Shown: positions 50,794 through 64,000 of the stretch, piece by piece
Numbering within the stretch: the first letter of the stretch is position 1
Layout: each line of letters opens with the position of its first letter
NCBI RefSeq assembly: GCF_009914755.1
Contig: NC_060925.1
Source of the DNA: the human T2T-CHM13v2.0 reference genome, Homo sapiens
Length of the DNA stretch: 64,000 nucleotides
Reading direction: 5' to 3' (one strand)
Notes under the pieces: generated by a model
The model's input: the letters and a program-made list of their open reading frames with translations, nothing else
The model's database searches: none
Told to the model about the DNA's origin: nothing
Program-made: the position numbers and the translations under genes

Positions 50794-51063
50794 CCACTTC
50801 ATCTACCTACTTTACCTGCACACCTCACCTCCTCACCTCACCGTCTGTCTCACCTGTACATCTCACCTACCCACCTCACCTGACCACTTTACCTGTGCAC
50901 CTTACCTGCACATCTCACCTCCTCACCTCACCTGACCACTTCACCTGCCCAAACCACCTCCCCATCTCCCCTGTACATCTCACCTGCCCATTTCACTGGC
51001 ATACTTCAGCTCCCCACCTCACCTGCCCATCTCACCTGCGCACCTCACCTGCCCACTTCACCC
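50794..51063. repeat. Degenerate ~14-bp minisatellite (CACCTCACCTGCCC-like)
   Basis: Repeated CAYYTCACCTGNNN units; eight CACCTG counted by eye. Confidence 0.9.
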
Positions 51064-51769
51064 TGGAGCAGCAGCCTTAGCTCAGGGCTCACCATATTTG
51101 CTTTCAATTCTGTCTTAATGCTTGAGACCAGAGGGTGTCCTTTCCTCCTTGGGTGCTCATATATGCACCTACAATAGACTTTTGTTATCTTTTATCCAGC
51201 ATAGCTGGGGATAACTTTGAGGTCTTTGGTCTGCCATCTTGCCAGAATCACAAGTCCTCCAGAATAATCTGTCTAAACACAAATATGACTGCATGATTCC
51301 CCTGCTTAAACTTTTCTGGATTTACCCCTTCCCCTCAGGATAAGGTTATTACCACTTTTTGGCCACATGACTTGTGCTGCTCCCGACGTTGCATGAGTGT
51401 GAATTTGAATCTGGACCCTGCTGCTGGCTCCTGGGCCTCAAGTTTTCCCCTCTCTCTGAGCTGTGTTCACAGTGTTCATCATCTTTTAGAATGATGCATA
51501 TCATTCTGGACCCAGTGTTTTAACAGATGCCAGCCATGGGTGTAAGAAAGCACACATTCAGAAAATGAATGTTCAAATTGAATAATAAAACATCAATAAG
51601 CTTATGAACAATAAATAATTTCTACCGTAGAATTCAAGGACTTGTGTTTTTGTCATGTGCTTTTCTTCAACCATGGCATATTTTAGTTGCTTTTCTCACG
51701 GGACTAGCATGAGGCCCAGCCACCTCACAGCTGATGTCACTGTATGATGCAGATATGTGTGTCCATAGC

Positions 51770-52695
<926 letters not shown>

Positions 52696-53926
52696 TGGAA
52701 TTATCTCTTATAGGTTATGTGTTGTACGTCATATGCTGCTAGTGGAATGTGTATTCTATAGGATATAGCATTTATCATACACCAAATGATTTGCACACAC
52801 ATACATTTGTGCTGCTCAGATGCTATCTCAGCCATCTGCTTCCCTTCTCCTTCTTTCTAGTCATCTTGGTTTTGGTGGAGGGAGGTGGGATGTGCAGTGA
52901 GGAAGCACAGCTGCAGGGTACACCTTGGGTTCATGTGTGGTGCATAAGATAACTTTATCCACAAAACCTTTTTGAATAACACAAACAAACAGATGACAAC
53001 GAGAAGGCAATCGAGTGTATAGGTTTCTCTCCTGACTTTTTTTGTGAGATGGTTTGCAGGCGTTGGTTAGGAAATTAAATGCGGCACGTCTTTTGCCTGC
53101 TGAGTTGTAGGGAGAAAGTCTCATTTACTACAAGACTAAAAATTAATTAGAGGTTCGCAATTAGATATTAAACCAGTAACAAATTAAATGTAAATGATGA
53201 GGTCTATTATTAATAAAGATAAATCCAGGATAGTATAAAATAAGTGGTTATATTAGAATTCTTTTTTTTCCCTGAAAGATCACTGCTTTCCAACAACACT
53301 AGAATGTTGGTAGCACATGCCATAAACAAGCTGCTTTTCACTCCTATGACCGTGACACTGGTGTCTCTACTGCCCCAAAGGGCGCGCTCTGATTTCTTCC
53401 TTAGCTTGGCCAGTTCCTCTGCATCCTTTAAGGTTCTGTCCAGATTCCCCCTCCTCCAGGAAGTCTGTTCTACCTGGTCTTGTGGCACTAAGACTTCTCC
53501 TGCCATGGTGCCCTGGTCTCCTCTGCCTCCTCTACTAGACCAGGGGCTGCTGGAGGCAGGGGCAATTGTATCTGTATACAATATACCTTTATCTTATTGA
53601 TCTTAGTCTCTTCAGAGCCCGATGCTGGGAAACAGAGGCCTATTGCCTGAATGACCAGCCCTCTCATTGCAAAGTAATGACATGAATATGTAATTGATTA
53701 TCTCAACCAGGCCTGCAGAGAGTGAAGAGGGTGTATGAGTAACCTCAGTGGGACTGCAGGCCTGCCCTGAGACCATCCTGCTGGCTGGCAGGAATCAGGT
53801 CTTGGATGGGGGTCAACTGGTCACTTTAGCCATTCCATAAAGACAACAATGGGATATTAATCAATCATGGTGATACCTTTGGTAAAACTTTCCACACTCA
53901 TTGGATTGGAAATACACAGCACTAGC

Positions 53927-54388
53927 TGACAGAGCAGGAGCATTGCCATCTTGGGCAAGCCCCTCATTCTAAAGTTCACCTTAATAAAAAACTGCCTCAA
54001 TCCAAAGGGCATCAGCCTAATGGCTAAGGTCAGCATGACCATAAACCACAAGTAACATCTCCAGCCAGAAACATTCCAAACTCCTCCTTGACCAGAGACA
54101 TGCTAGCCCCAAATAAACCCCCCTCCGGGCCGGAAAGATGTAGCCCCAAAATAACCTCCCCTCCTCCCAGAGAGATTCCAACCCCACCATAAACTTCTCC
54201 ACACACGTAAACATTCAGAGCTTGTGATAAGCCCCCTCACCCTAAAACCAATACATACTCTTAGTCTGTAAGAGAAAGCACTTCTGACTGCAATGGGCCA
54301 GGAGCGCCTGTCAGGTTTTACATAAAGGAAACCTGTCTTTAACTGCCAAGCCGCGTTTCATGCTTCTTTCCTGTCTTTTACTCTTCCA
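53927..54388 (+). mobile_element. ERV1 LTR, MER66-like
   Basis: TGACAGAGCAGGAGCATTGCCATCTTGG...AAAGGGCATCAGCCTAATGGCTAAGGTCAGCATGACCATAAACCAC. Confidence 0.72.
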
Positions 54389-54462
54389 TTAGTACGTTGT
54401 TTGTTCAAATTTGCTGCGATCCACTGGCTGGTCACATCTCAGCATCCTGTCAACCTGTAGAT

Positions 54463-55149
54463 CACAGGTTGGCAGACGATCACTCATGGGCCAAATCCGT
54501 TCATCATCTGGCCCTCCTGCCCAGTTTTGTAAATAAATTTTGTTGGAACACAGCCCTGTTCACTGGTTTACATATTATCTACACAGCTTTCAAATCACTG
54601 TGGTAGCGAGGTTGTGGAAGGGAAATAAATCTTGAAACCCCAAAATCACTAAGCTAAAGGGAAAAGTCAAGCTGGGAACTGCTTAGGACAAATCTGCCTC
54701 CCATTCTGTTCAAAGTCATCCCTCTGCTCACTGAGATAAATGCGTATTTGATTGCCTCTTTTGGAAAGGCTAATCAGAGACTCAAAACAATGCAACCATT
54801 TGTCTCTTATCTACCTGTGACCTGGAAGCCCCCTCCCTCATTTAGAGTTGTCCTGCCTTTCTGGACTGAACCAATGTTCTTCTTAGTTATATTGACTGAT
54901 GTCTCATGTCTCCCTAAAATGTATAAAATCAAACTGTGCCTCAGCCACCTTGGGCACATGTCCTCAGGACCTCCTGAGGCTGTGTCATGAGCGTGTGTCC
55001 TTAACTTTGGCAAAATAAACTTCCTAATTTGACTGAGACCTGTCTCAGATATTTGGGGTTCACAAGGTTTTGTGACAGGGACCTGTGTGGTGACAAAAAC
55101 AGAAAACATTTACTAAGTAGCCCTTTACAGGAAGAGGTTGCAGACTCTG
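54463..55149. mobile_element. MER58A-like hAT transposon split by MER4A1
   Basis: CAGGTTGGCAGAC...TTTTGTAAATAAATTTTGTTGGAACACAGCC; resumes ...CCCTTTACAGGAAGAGGTTGCAGACTCTG. Confidence 0.78.
54613..55064 (+). mobile_element. ERV1 solo LTR, MER4A1-like
   Basis: TG...CA, perfect TSD AGGT; CCCCAAAATCACTAAGCTAAAGGGAAAAGTCAAGCTGGGAACTGC. Confidence 0.88.
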
Positions 55150-56359
55150 TTATAGATGTCATGAACTTCTGGAAGCACAGAAACGGTTCTTTTTCTATAT
55201 TTCCAGTCTAGAACAGCTGAGCCCACTGTGATCAGATGCCAGCAAAAGGCCCTGGGCTTAGCAACCACAGTGGATACTGATTAGATACAACAGCCTAAGC
55301 AAATCACCTGCTCATCCCTGTCTCAGTTTTCTCATCTGTCAAACACAGATAATGCCACCTTCCCTGCCTGTCCTAGAACCTGCTGCGGTAGTCAGATGAG
55401 GTGATACAGTAAATGCACTCTATGCCCTGTGACATGCTCTGCAAATCCTCAGCCTGCTGTCCCAGAGCACTGCAGCACTGGCCAGAGTGAGCCCCAGCGA
55501 AGGGGCGTGCAGGCCTCCCAGAGAGTTCAGTCCAAATGGGGAACTTTCCCCAGAACTACACTTAAGAGCCCTGGATCCCAACCACAGAGACTGAAAGTTT
55601 TCAGAAATCCTTTGTTCAAGCAGTGTTTCTGAATTTCCCGGTGGCTGAAATTCCCTGCGGGAAACAGGGCTAATTGTGAAATGGCTTTGGAGTTAGACGT
55701 GCAGTTACTCTCAAAGAATGAGGCGGGATTTGCATTTGAAATGCATGGTGCTGACTGTGACTAGGAAAGCTTGGAGAGGTTGCTTTTAAGAATTCTAGGC
55801 TCTTAGTGCAGTCTCCAGTAATTTTCCATCTCTGAGATGCTCATCACCCGCTGGGGCCCTGGAGAAACTGTCTCTGGCAGCCCCCGACTTGCTGGCGGGT
55901 CTAAAGAGAATTATTGGTTCCGAGATGGGAAAAAGCAAGCCAGACCAAAAATAAAGATGCTTTGGGAGGCGCACACAAATCATCTGTGAAGAATTTCAAG
56001 TCTTTTGAGGGAAAAATTAATGTATAAAGGAAAAAAAAGATGTCCAGCCACCAGAAGTTGCTTTCTCCCTCCATCTCCAGCCACATTTGCATAGAAAGTA
56101 AGCTCCCCAGTAATGCTTTAAGAGGAATACAGATTAACATGGGATTTGCATACTTTTTGTGCATTCCATTTCCAGAGATGTTTAAATGAATTGCTTGATT
56201 AAGCCTTAGTCAATTTATTTTTTAATTTATTAGAATTTTGTTAAGTCACTAAATGTTTTCAAGGTGGAGAAGAACATCTAAACTTGGAATGGAATAGAGA
56301 CTGTTGGAGGCATCTCATCTGTCCATCCCTAGCCCGTCAGCCTCCCTTGCAGAAGGAAA

Positions 56360-56558
56360 TTTATTTTATTTATTTATGCTTTAAAAGTTGCATTTCAGGT
56401 TCAGGGATACATGTGCAGATTTGTTATGTAGGTAAATTGCGTGTCGCGGGGGTTTGGGGAACAGATTGTTTTGTCATCGGGGTAATAGCATGGTACCCGA
56501 TAGGTAGAGTTTAGCTCCTCACCCTCCTCCTGCCCTCCACCTACAAGTAGGCCCCATT
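56360..56558 (-). mobile_element. Old L1PA 3' end fragment
   Basis: GGGATACATGTGCAGATTTGTTATGTAGGTAAATTGCGTG. Confidence 0.8.
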
Positions 56559-56619
56559 GCTGTTATTCTGTAGGTATCTTGAAACTATGTATGACCACAC
56601 TTGATCTCTTGATGGCTGG

Positions 56620-56860
56620 CCCGGAGTGCAGCAGAGTGAACTGGCTGTGTACCAATTACAGGGTTCCCTGCATGAATTTCAATCCACTCTCTGACATCGT
56701 GACCTTCACAGTAACTCACTTCCCTATGCCTCAGTTTCCTCCTTCATATAACATGACAGAATGCACTCACCTTGCAAGCTGTTGTGAGGAACGAGTGGGA
56801 AGATCCAGGTAAAAGGGCTAAACAGAAGCATCCACCTTGTGCGAGGCACTGTGCTGACCT
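56620..56860 (+). mobile_element. MIR
   Basis: GTGACCTT...ATGCCTCAGTTTCCTCC...GCTGTTGTGAGGA. Confidence 0.7.
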
Positions 56861-57034
56861 CATCTTTATTCCACTTAACATCCCTCACCCACCCATAATG
56901 GAGGAGACTGGAGGCGGGAGGACATGGGCTATGGATCCCTGTAACCCCAAAGGCTGGCACACAGGAGGCCCTCAATGAACTCGGTGAGGTCGAAGTGTGC
57001 AGGCACCACATAGGTTCTCACCTACAGTGACTCA

Positions 57035-57385
<351 letters not shown>

Positions 57386-57459
57386 AACCTAAGTCTCCTC
57401 GGAACCAAAGCTGCCTCAGAGAGGGACTGGTGGCTTCCTACAAAGCCAAATGGCATTAA

Positions 57460-58230
57460 TTTTATTTATTCACTTTTTTAATCGACAAATAAAAATTGTA
57501 CATACTCATGGTGCACAACATGATGTGTTGAGATATGAATGCATTGCGGGACAGCTCAGGCGAGCTAATTAACATATGCATTACCTCTGTGAAAACTGCC
57601 TAGTCAAAGTGGAGTCACTTGTGTTAAAAACCCTGACAAATGGAGCCAGGGAAGGCCAGGAGGGGAGGTTCTTATGCACGGATGCCTGCAGACAAAGCCA
57701 TCACAAAAGACTCTGCAAACACCACAACCCTGCACAAAGGCCATCACAGCCTTACACACAAAAATATTTCTGCATGGACATCTGCTCAGCAACTGCCTGT
57801 CCCCAACCTGGACTGGCATCACTCATGTTACTGATCCTTATAGACAGGGATAATTATCTCGAAGCAATTATATGATCCTCCTCATTTTTTCCCTGAAAAA
57901 CCTTTGTCTTCCTGTTTCTCCCTGAATACACATGTAGTTTGCTATGGCACGTATACTCCCATTGCAATACTGACTCCCAAGTAAATGTCATTTTCCTTTA
58001 GAGAGCCTTTCTTGGTTATTTAGGTTGACATCTCATACACTTATTCCTTTGCGAGTACACTCGAAGTCTACTCTCTTAGCAATTTTCAAGTCTACAGTGC
58101 GGTGTTATTAACTACAGTCACCAGATTGTTAGGTAAATCCCCTGAACTTATTCTTCCTGTCTAACTGAACTTTTGTATCCTTTGACCAATGTCTCTCTGA
58201 CACAGTCCCTCCCTAAACTCTGGTACCAAG
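57460..58230 (-). mobile_element. L1MA 3' end split by MER65-like LTR
   Basis: ACAAATAAAAATTGTACATACTCATGGTGCACAACATGATG; TACTCTCTTAGCAATTTTCAAG. Confidence 0.85.
57588..58030 (+). mobile_element. ERV1 solo LTR, MER65A-like
   Basis: TG...CA, TSD CCTC/TCTC; GGAGTCACTTGTGTTAAAAACCCTGACAAATGGAGCC. Confidence 0.8.
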
Positions 58231-58894
58231 TGGCATTAACTCATAACTCCTGATTGCCTGGAATGGGCTTAGGCATCATACATCGCATGCACCTTGGGCC
58301 TGTTTCCTTTAATCGAGAATGACCGTGTTCAGTGCTGTCCATGGTAGGGTCTGGAGCATTTGCTGACAGTGAGGCTGTGGGCTCCTTGACGAGGACTTGG
58401 CCTTTCTTATCTCTTGTTTGTGTGGTTTTTCATGCCCTTAGAATTTGTCCAGCAGTGGGGCTGGGCACACATCACATGCTTACAATGTGGTCATTAAATG
58501 GGGTTCAGCTTCATCAGCAGGTGGGAGAAGATGGTTTGGGAGTAGGTTAGTGGAGAGCTGGGGATGGGGACTCTCCTGGTCAGTACAGAGCTAGAAGCTG
58601 ACCTGGAGCTCCCATCCATTCCTGCTACCTGCCATGGTGCCAAGACGAGGCCAGTGAGGTGTGGAGTGTGTGCGCCGGGCAGCCCCTGCCCTCCCAGCTG
58701 CTGTGCCCACACTGGTGCCCGCTCACAGGCCTCCCTCCAGCTCTCCAGCCCCTTCCTCCTTCCCAGTCCTTCACCACCCAGTCAGTGATGAGGTTCCTGT
58801 GGAGTCCAGCCTTGGAGCTCTACTTTTCTCATGTAACACGACACCCTGTAACCCCACCCAACCCCAGGTTTCAGTTATACATCAGACATAACCA

Positions 58895-59430
58895 GGGTAG
58901 CCAGAAATGAAAATCCCTCCAGATGAGAACAAGCAAAGGCAATTTATTCAGAACTTGCTGTAACAAGGGAGTTGGCCACCACTGCTTGCCATGGCAGAGA
59001 CTCAAAGACAGGCAGGGGAGTGGGAAGCCTCAGAGTGGAGAAGGAGAGGCTCCAGGTGAGGCCCGACGGAGGCTGTTGGCCTGAGGAGATGGAGGCAGCC
59101 AAGAAACAGGCGTCCTGTGGGATTGGGGAGGGGGCATACTTGAAGTTGGAATATGAGTTGAAAATGGGGACAAAAATTAGGGAAGCCATTAGTTACTTCT
59201 CAAATGCTGGCCACGTGGGACTTGTTTCTGCCCTTGGTGGTCAGAGCCGCGTCTCTGTGTACCACCTGCCTGTTGTTCATTTCTGCATTCAGTCTTTCTG
59301 CTCATATATTAGACGTCTACATTGCCTGGCCACTCAAGATTCTGCCAGGTCCCCATCGCCTCCCCTCAGCTTCATGTGGATGGCCTGCAGGGGCCTTACA
59401 GCCAACGTCTTCTGCCATCTTTTCTAACCT
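58895..59430 (-). mobile_element. Probable old ERV LTR (family unassigned)
   Basis: TTTATTCAGAACTTGCTGTAACAAGGGAGTTGGCCACC...GGCAGGGGAGTGGGAAGC (antisense AATAAA with LTR-like layout). Confidence 0.45.
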
Positions 59431-59589
59431 TACTGCTGTGGTCTGAATGTGTGTGTCCCCTCCTAATCCCTATGTGAAAATCCTCATCTCTAAGATGATG
59501 GTATTAAGAGGTGGGGACTTTGGGAGGTGATTAGGTCACGAAGGTGGCGCTCTCGTGAATGGGATTAGTCCTTTCTCAAAAGGGGCCTC

Positions 59590-61262
59590 AAGCCTTTTGT
59601 CCATTTCAAAAATATTTTCTTATTTTGCTGTTGAGCTATTCGAGTTCTTTATAGATTCTGGATATGAACCCCTTGTCAGACGCGTAGTTTGCAAATACTT
59701 TCTACCATTTTATAGAGTTTTCTTTTCACTTTATTGTTTTCTTTGTTGCGGGGAAGATTTTTAGTTCACTGTAATCCCATTTGTTTATGTTTGCTTTTGT
59801 TGCCTGTGCTTTGTAGGTCTTATTAAACAAACACATAAACTAAAACCATATCCTCGCACAGGCTAACATCATGCTGCTTTTCCCCAATGTTTTCTTTTAG
59901 TAGTTTCATAGCTTTGGGTCTTACATTTAAGCCTTTAATTGATTTAGAATTGACTTTTGTATATGGTGAGAGATAGGGGTCTGGAAGACATATGAATGGA
60001 CAACAAATATATGAAAAAATGCTCAACATCACTGATCATCAGATAAATGCAAATCAAAACCACAGTGAAATATCACTTCACCCCAGTTAGAATGACAATT
60101 ATCAAAAAGACAAAAAAAATCACTAACGCTGGCAAGGATGTGGAGAAAACAGAACTCTTTTACCTTGGTGGAGGGAATGTAAATCAGAACACTCACTATG
60201 AAAAACAGTATGGAGGTTTGGAGGTTCCTCAAAAAATTAAAAATAGAACCACCATATGATCCAGCAATCCCATTACTGGGAATATATCCAAAGGAAATGG
60301 GCTAAGTATGTCAAAGAGAACATCTGCCCAACCATGTTTATTGTAGCATTATTCACAATAGCCAAGATATGGAATCAATTTAAATGCCAATCTAATGATG
60401 AATGGATAAAGAAAATGTGGTATATAGAAAATAGAATACTATGTAGCCATAAAACAGAATGAAATCCTGTCACTTGTGGCAACAGGGATGAACGTGGAGA
60501 AAATTATGTTAAGTGAAATAAGCCAGGAACAGAAAGACAAACACTGCATAATCTCACTCATATGTGGAATCTAGAAAAGTTGATTTTATAGAAATAGAGA
60601 GTAGGGCTGGGCACTGTGACTCACGCCTGTAATCCCAGCACTTTGGGAGGCTGAGGCAGGTGGATCACGAGGTCAGGAGATCTAGACAATCCTGGCTAAC
60701 ATGGTGAATCCGTGTCTTCACCAAAAATACAAACACAAAAAAATCAGCCTGGCATAGTGGTTGGTGCTTGTAGTCCTAGCTACTTGGGAGGCTGAGGCAG
60801 GAGAATGGCTTGACCCTGGAGGCGGAGTTTGCAGTAAGCCAAGATCGTGCCACTGCATTCCATCCTGGGTGAGAGAATGAGACTCCGTCAAAAAACAAAA
60901 AAAGAGAAAGAAATAGAGAGTAGAATAGGTTATCAGAGGCTGGGAAGTGTGGAGAGAAGGGGGACTGGGAGAGGTTGGCCAATGGGTGCAAAGTCACAAT
61001 CAGATAGGAAGAAGTTCTGAGGGTCTGTCACACAGTAGGGTGATTACAGAAACTAACACTGTGTCGTATATTTCAAAATAGCCAGAAGAGAAGATTTTGA
61101 ATGTTGTCACCACAAAGAAATGATAACTGTTTAAAGTGATAGACAAGGTAATTGCCCTGATTTGATCATTAGACTATGTATACATGCATTGAAACATCAC
61201 AATGCACTCCATAAATATATGCAATTAATATGTGTCAATTATAAAGAAAAAAATTAATAAAA
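59590..61262 (+). mobile_element. L1MA (about MA4-MA6), 5'-truncated with 5' inversion
   Basis: Antisense ORF2 segment 59590-59982, then sense ORF2 end and 3' UTR to an A-rich tail; diverged TSD CAAAAGGGGCCTC/CAAAAGAAGGCTC. Confidence 0.9.
60605..60908 (+). mobile_element. Alu (Sc/Y-like) inside the L1MA
   Basis: GGATCACGAGGTCAGGAGAT...CCTGGCTAAC; perfect 15-bp TSD AGAAATAGAGAGTAG. Confidence 0.95.
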
Positions 61263-62639
61263 CAAAAGAAGGCTCCAGAGAGCTCCCTTATCCCTTCCAC
61301 CTGAGGACACATAGAAGATGTCATTGATGAACCGGGAAACAAACCCTCACCAGACAGGGAATCTGCCACACCTTGACCTTGAATTTCCCAGTCTTCAGAA
61401 CTGTGAGAAATAAATATCTGTTCTTTATAAGCCACGGAGGCTGTGGCATTTGGTTGTAGCTGCCAGAATGGATTAAGTCACAGCCCCTCATCCTCAGTGC
61501 CTGCATCTCAGTGAAGGCCCCGCCCTCCGTCTCTTGCCCAGGACAGGTGCTCTCCCCTGCCCCCGCTCCCAGCCCTCCCACACCAAGCCACTCAACACCA
61601 GGCCCTGTTGATGAATCCTCCTCCCAAATAGCTCCCAACCCCATGCCTCTCTTCTTGCTTGCTGCCTTCATCATCACCCAGGAACCTGCTCGCACCTCTC
61701 ACCTGGGCCACCAGGGTTTCCCTGCCCCAATCCAGCCCCCTCCAATCTAGTCTCCCAGCTGCAGTTGAAGGGACCCCCTCAAGTGCACACCTGACCATGA
61801 TACTGTCCTGCCCTCCCTCTGAAGACTTCAGCCCTCACGCTGGGCCACTCTCCCGGCTCAGACACTTCACCCATAGAGGAGTGGAAGGCTAGGGGGAGGA
61901 GAAAGGGCTCCCAGAGGACCCCCTTCCCCACCTGTCTTGGTGTGGATGATGACTCCTGCCCTTTCTCCAAGTAGCAGCCTGGGTCACCCTGTGGGAGGCT
62001 CCACCCCATGGCGTAAGCCCCCAGCCCTCTGCTCTGCCTTCGGGATACTCAGGAGATGGCATTATGGTGACCCATCATAATGCAGTTAGGCTGCAAGGTC
62101 CCTGTGCTTGAGTCCCAGGTGAGTCTTGCTCACCATGGAAGCCCCAGACCCAGCATGGGATCTGCATGAGCAGCACAGGGGGGCTCAGGAAGAGTTTGTT
62201 GAACAAATGGAGACCGTTTTTACCACCACACACTGAGACTGACACCTCTCACCTGCCAGGGGTACAGCCAGGACTGGGGGAAGAGTATTTAGAACAACAG
62301 GCACATTGCTACCCCTTGGTGAGCCGGGCACCAGGAATACGACTTCCCACATCAGGAGAAGCCTGTGTGTGGCGTGCCCAGAAGCCCACAGTCTCTCCAC
62401 AGAGTCACGAGCAGCCACTGGAGAACCAGTGGAGAGTGTGTCCTAGAGAAGAAGAAGGGACAGCACAGGATTAGGGGGCAGGGAAGAGCACCAGATTAGG
62501 AGCCTGGAGACTTGAGTCCAGCCCTGGCTATGCCATCATGACCACGAGGAAGCAGATCAACTCCAAAGACAGGGTATCATCTGCCAGACAGATGGGTAGG
62601 GGGAGCTAAACAAGTATAGGATTAAAAACTCCTCTGCCT

Positions 62640-62982
<343 letters not shown>

Positions 62983-63029
62983 TTATTATTCCCCTTTAGG
63001 GTGCGGATACTGTTATTATTTTGCTTTGG

Positions 63030-63510
63030 ATTTTTGTATGCAGGTAAAATTCATGTGACATACAATGAATCATTTTCAAGCATACAGTTTAGTGGCATTT
63101 AGTACATTCACGATATTGTGACCATCACCTCTATCTAGTTCCAAAACATTTCATCCCCCCAGAAGAAACCTCGTACCCATTAGCAGTCACTCTCCATTCC
63201 CCTCTCCTCACAGCCTCTGGCAAGCACTTATCTAATTTCTATTTCTAAGTGGTTCCCTGTTCTGGACGTTTCAAAGAAATGAAGCTGTACAATGTGTGGT
63301 CCTTTGTGTCTGGATTCTTTGGCCTGGTATAACTTCTCAGGGTTCATCCTTGCTGCAGTGTGAACCAGAACTTCATTCCTTTTGTGACTGAGCAACAGCC
63401 ACCAGATGGAGGGGCCTCAGCGTGCTGCTCCTCTCAACCAATGATAGGCATCTGGGCTGCTTCCGCCTTTTGGCTTTTGTGCACGGTGTTGCAGGCATTA
63501 ATTTTGTGGT
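63030..63510 (-). mobile_element. L1MB 3' end fragment
   Basis: AGTGGCATTTAGTACATTCACGATATTGTG...CTATCTAGTTCCAAAACATTTCATC...CCCATTAGCAGTCACTC. Confidence 0.85.
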
Positions 63511-63683
63511 AAAATAAGGTCTAAGATGAAGGTGCAGCAAGTTCCTGCTGAGGCCCTTTGGTCTCTGGGTGCTCATAGAGAGGAAGCAGAGATGTTCCAG
63601 TTCCCTAACCTCTCTTGATGTGGCCAGAGCTTCTTTCCTTGTTTGCTTGGGACATTGGTCTTCTGCATCAGGTGATATTTAAA

Positions 63684-64000
63684 TGATATGGTTTGGCAGT
63701 GTCCCCGCCCAAATCTTATGTTGAATTGTAGCTCCCATAATTCCCATGCGTTGTGGGGTTTGGCGGTGTCCCCACCCAAATCTCATGTTGAATTCTAGCT
63801 CCCATAATTCCCATGCGTTGTGGAGGGACCTGGTGGGAGATAATTGAATCATGGGGGCAGTTTCCACTATACTGTTCTTGTGGTAACAAATAAGTCTCAT
63901 GAGATCTGGTGGTTTCATAAGCAGACACCCCTTTCACTTGGCTGTCATTTCTCTCTTGTCTGCCGCCATGTAAGAAGTGCCTTTTGCCTTCCACCATGAT
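63684..64000 (+). mobile_element. THE1 (THE1C-like) LTR with 67-bp internal tandem duplication; runs off the window
   Basis: TGATATGGTTTGGC...GAATTGTAGCTCCCATAATTCCC...AATTGAATCATGGGGGC. Confidence 0.9.

Larger units (their letters stand above)
59434..61481 (+). mobile_element. MLT1A0-like LTR split by an L1MA insertion
   Basis: TGCTGTGGTCTGAATGTGTGTGTCCCC to ~59589; resumes ~61265 AAAAGAAGGCTCCAGAGAGCTCCC...GGATTAAGTCA. Confidence 0.87.

Noticed and set aside
60047-60462. L1 ORF2 C-terminal-like peptides (also within 1-1200)
   Set aside because: Frameshifted, truncated retrotransposon remnants rather than genes

Overview
Primate (almost certainly human or great-ape) non-coding euchromatic DNA. 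I find no supportable protein-coding exon, RNA gene or CRISPR array; the ORF track is explained by chance, simple repeats and Alu/L1/LTR remnants. Much of the window is interspersed repeat: old L1M and L1PA pieces (two with twin-priming 5' inversions), about ten Alu/FLAM copies, many MaLR LTRs (MLT1/MST/THE1), about ten ERV solo LTRs (several with intact 4-bp target-site duplications), hAT MERs and MIR/L2. Several elements are nested two or three deep. Subfamily names come from remembered consensus sequences and need RepeatMasker/Dfam confirmation. The most notable unexplained structures are: (i) a 32-bp minisatellite built from nuclear-receptor DR1/AGGTCA half-sites at 31.1 kb; (ii) a ~745-bp quasi-palindrome made by an MST-in-MST insertion at 44.7-45.5 kb; (iii) a CACCTG (ZEB/SNAI E2-box) array at 50.8 kb; (iv) a dispersed 150-bp duplication that starts at a splice donor (2.5 and 6.7 kb); (v) three octamer motifs within 425 bp at 55.7-56.2 kb. 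I cannot identify the locus from sequence alone, and none of these structures is shown to be functional.
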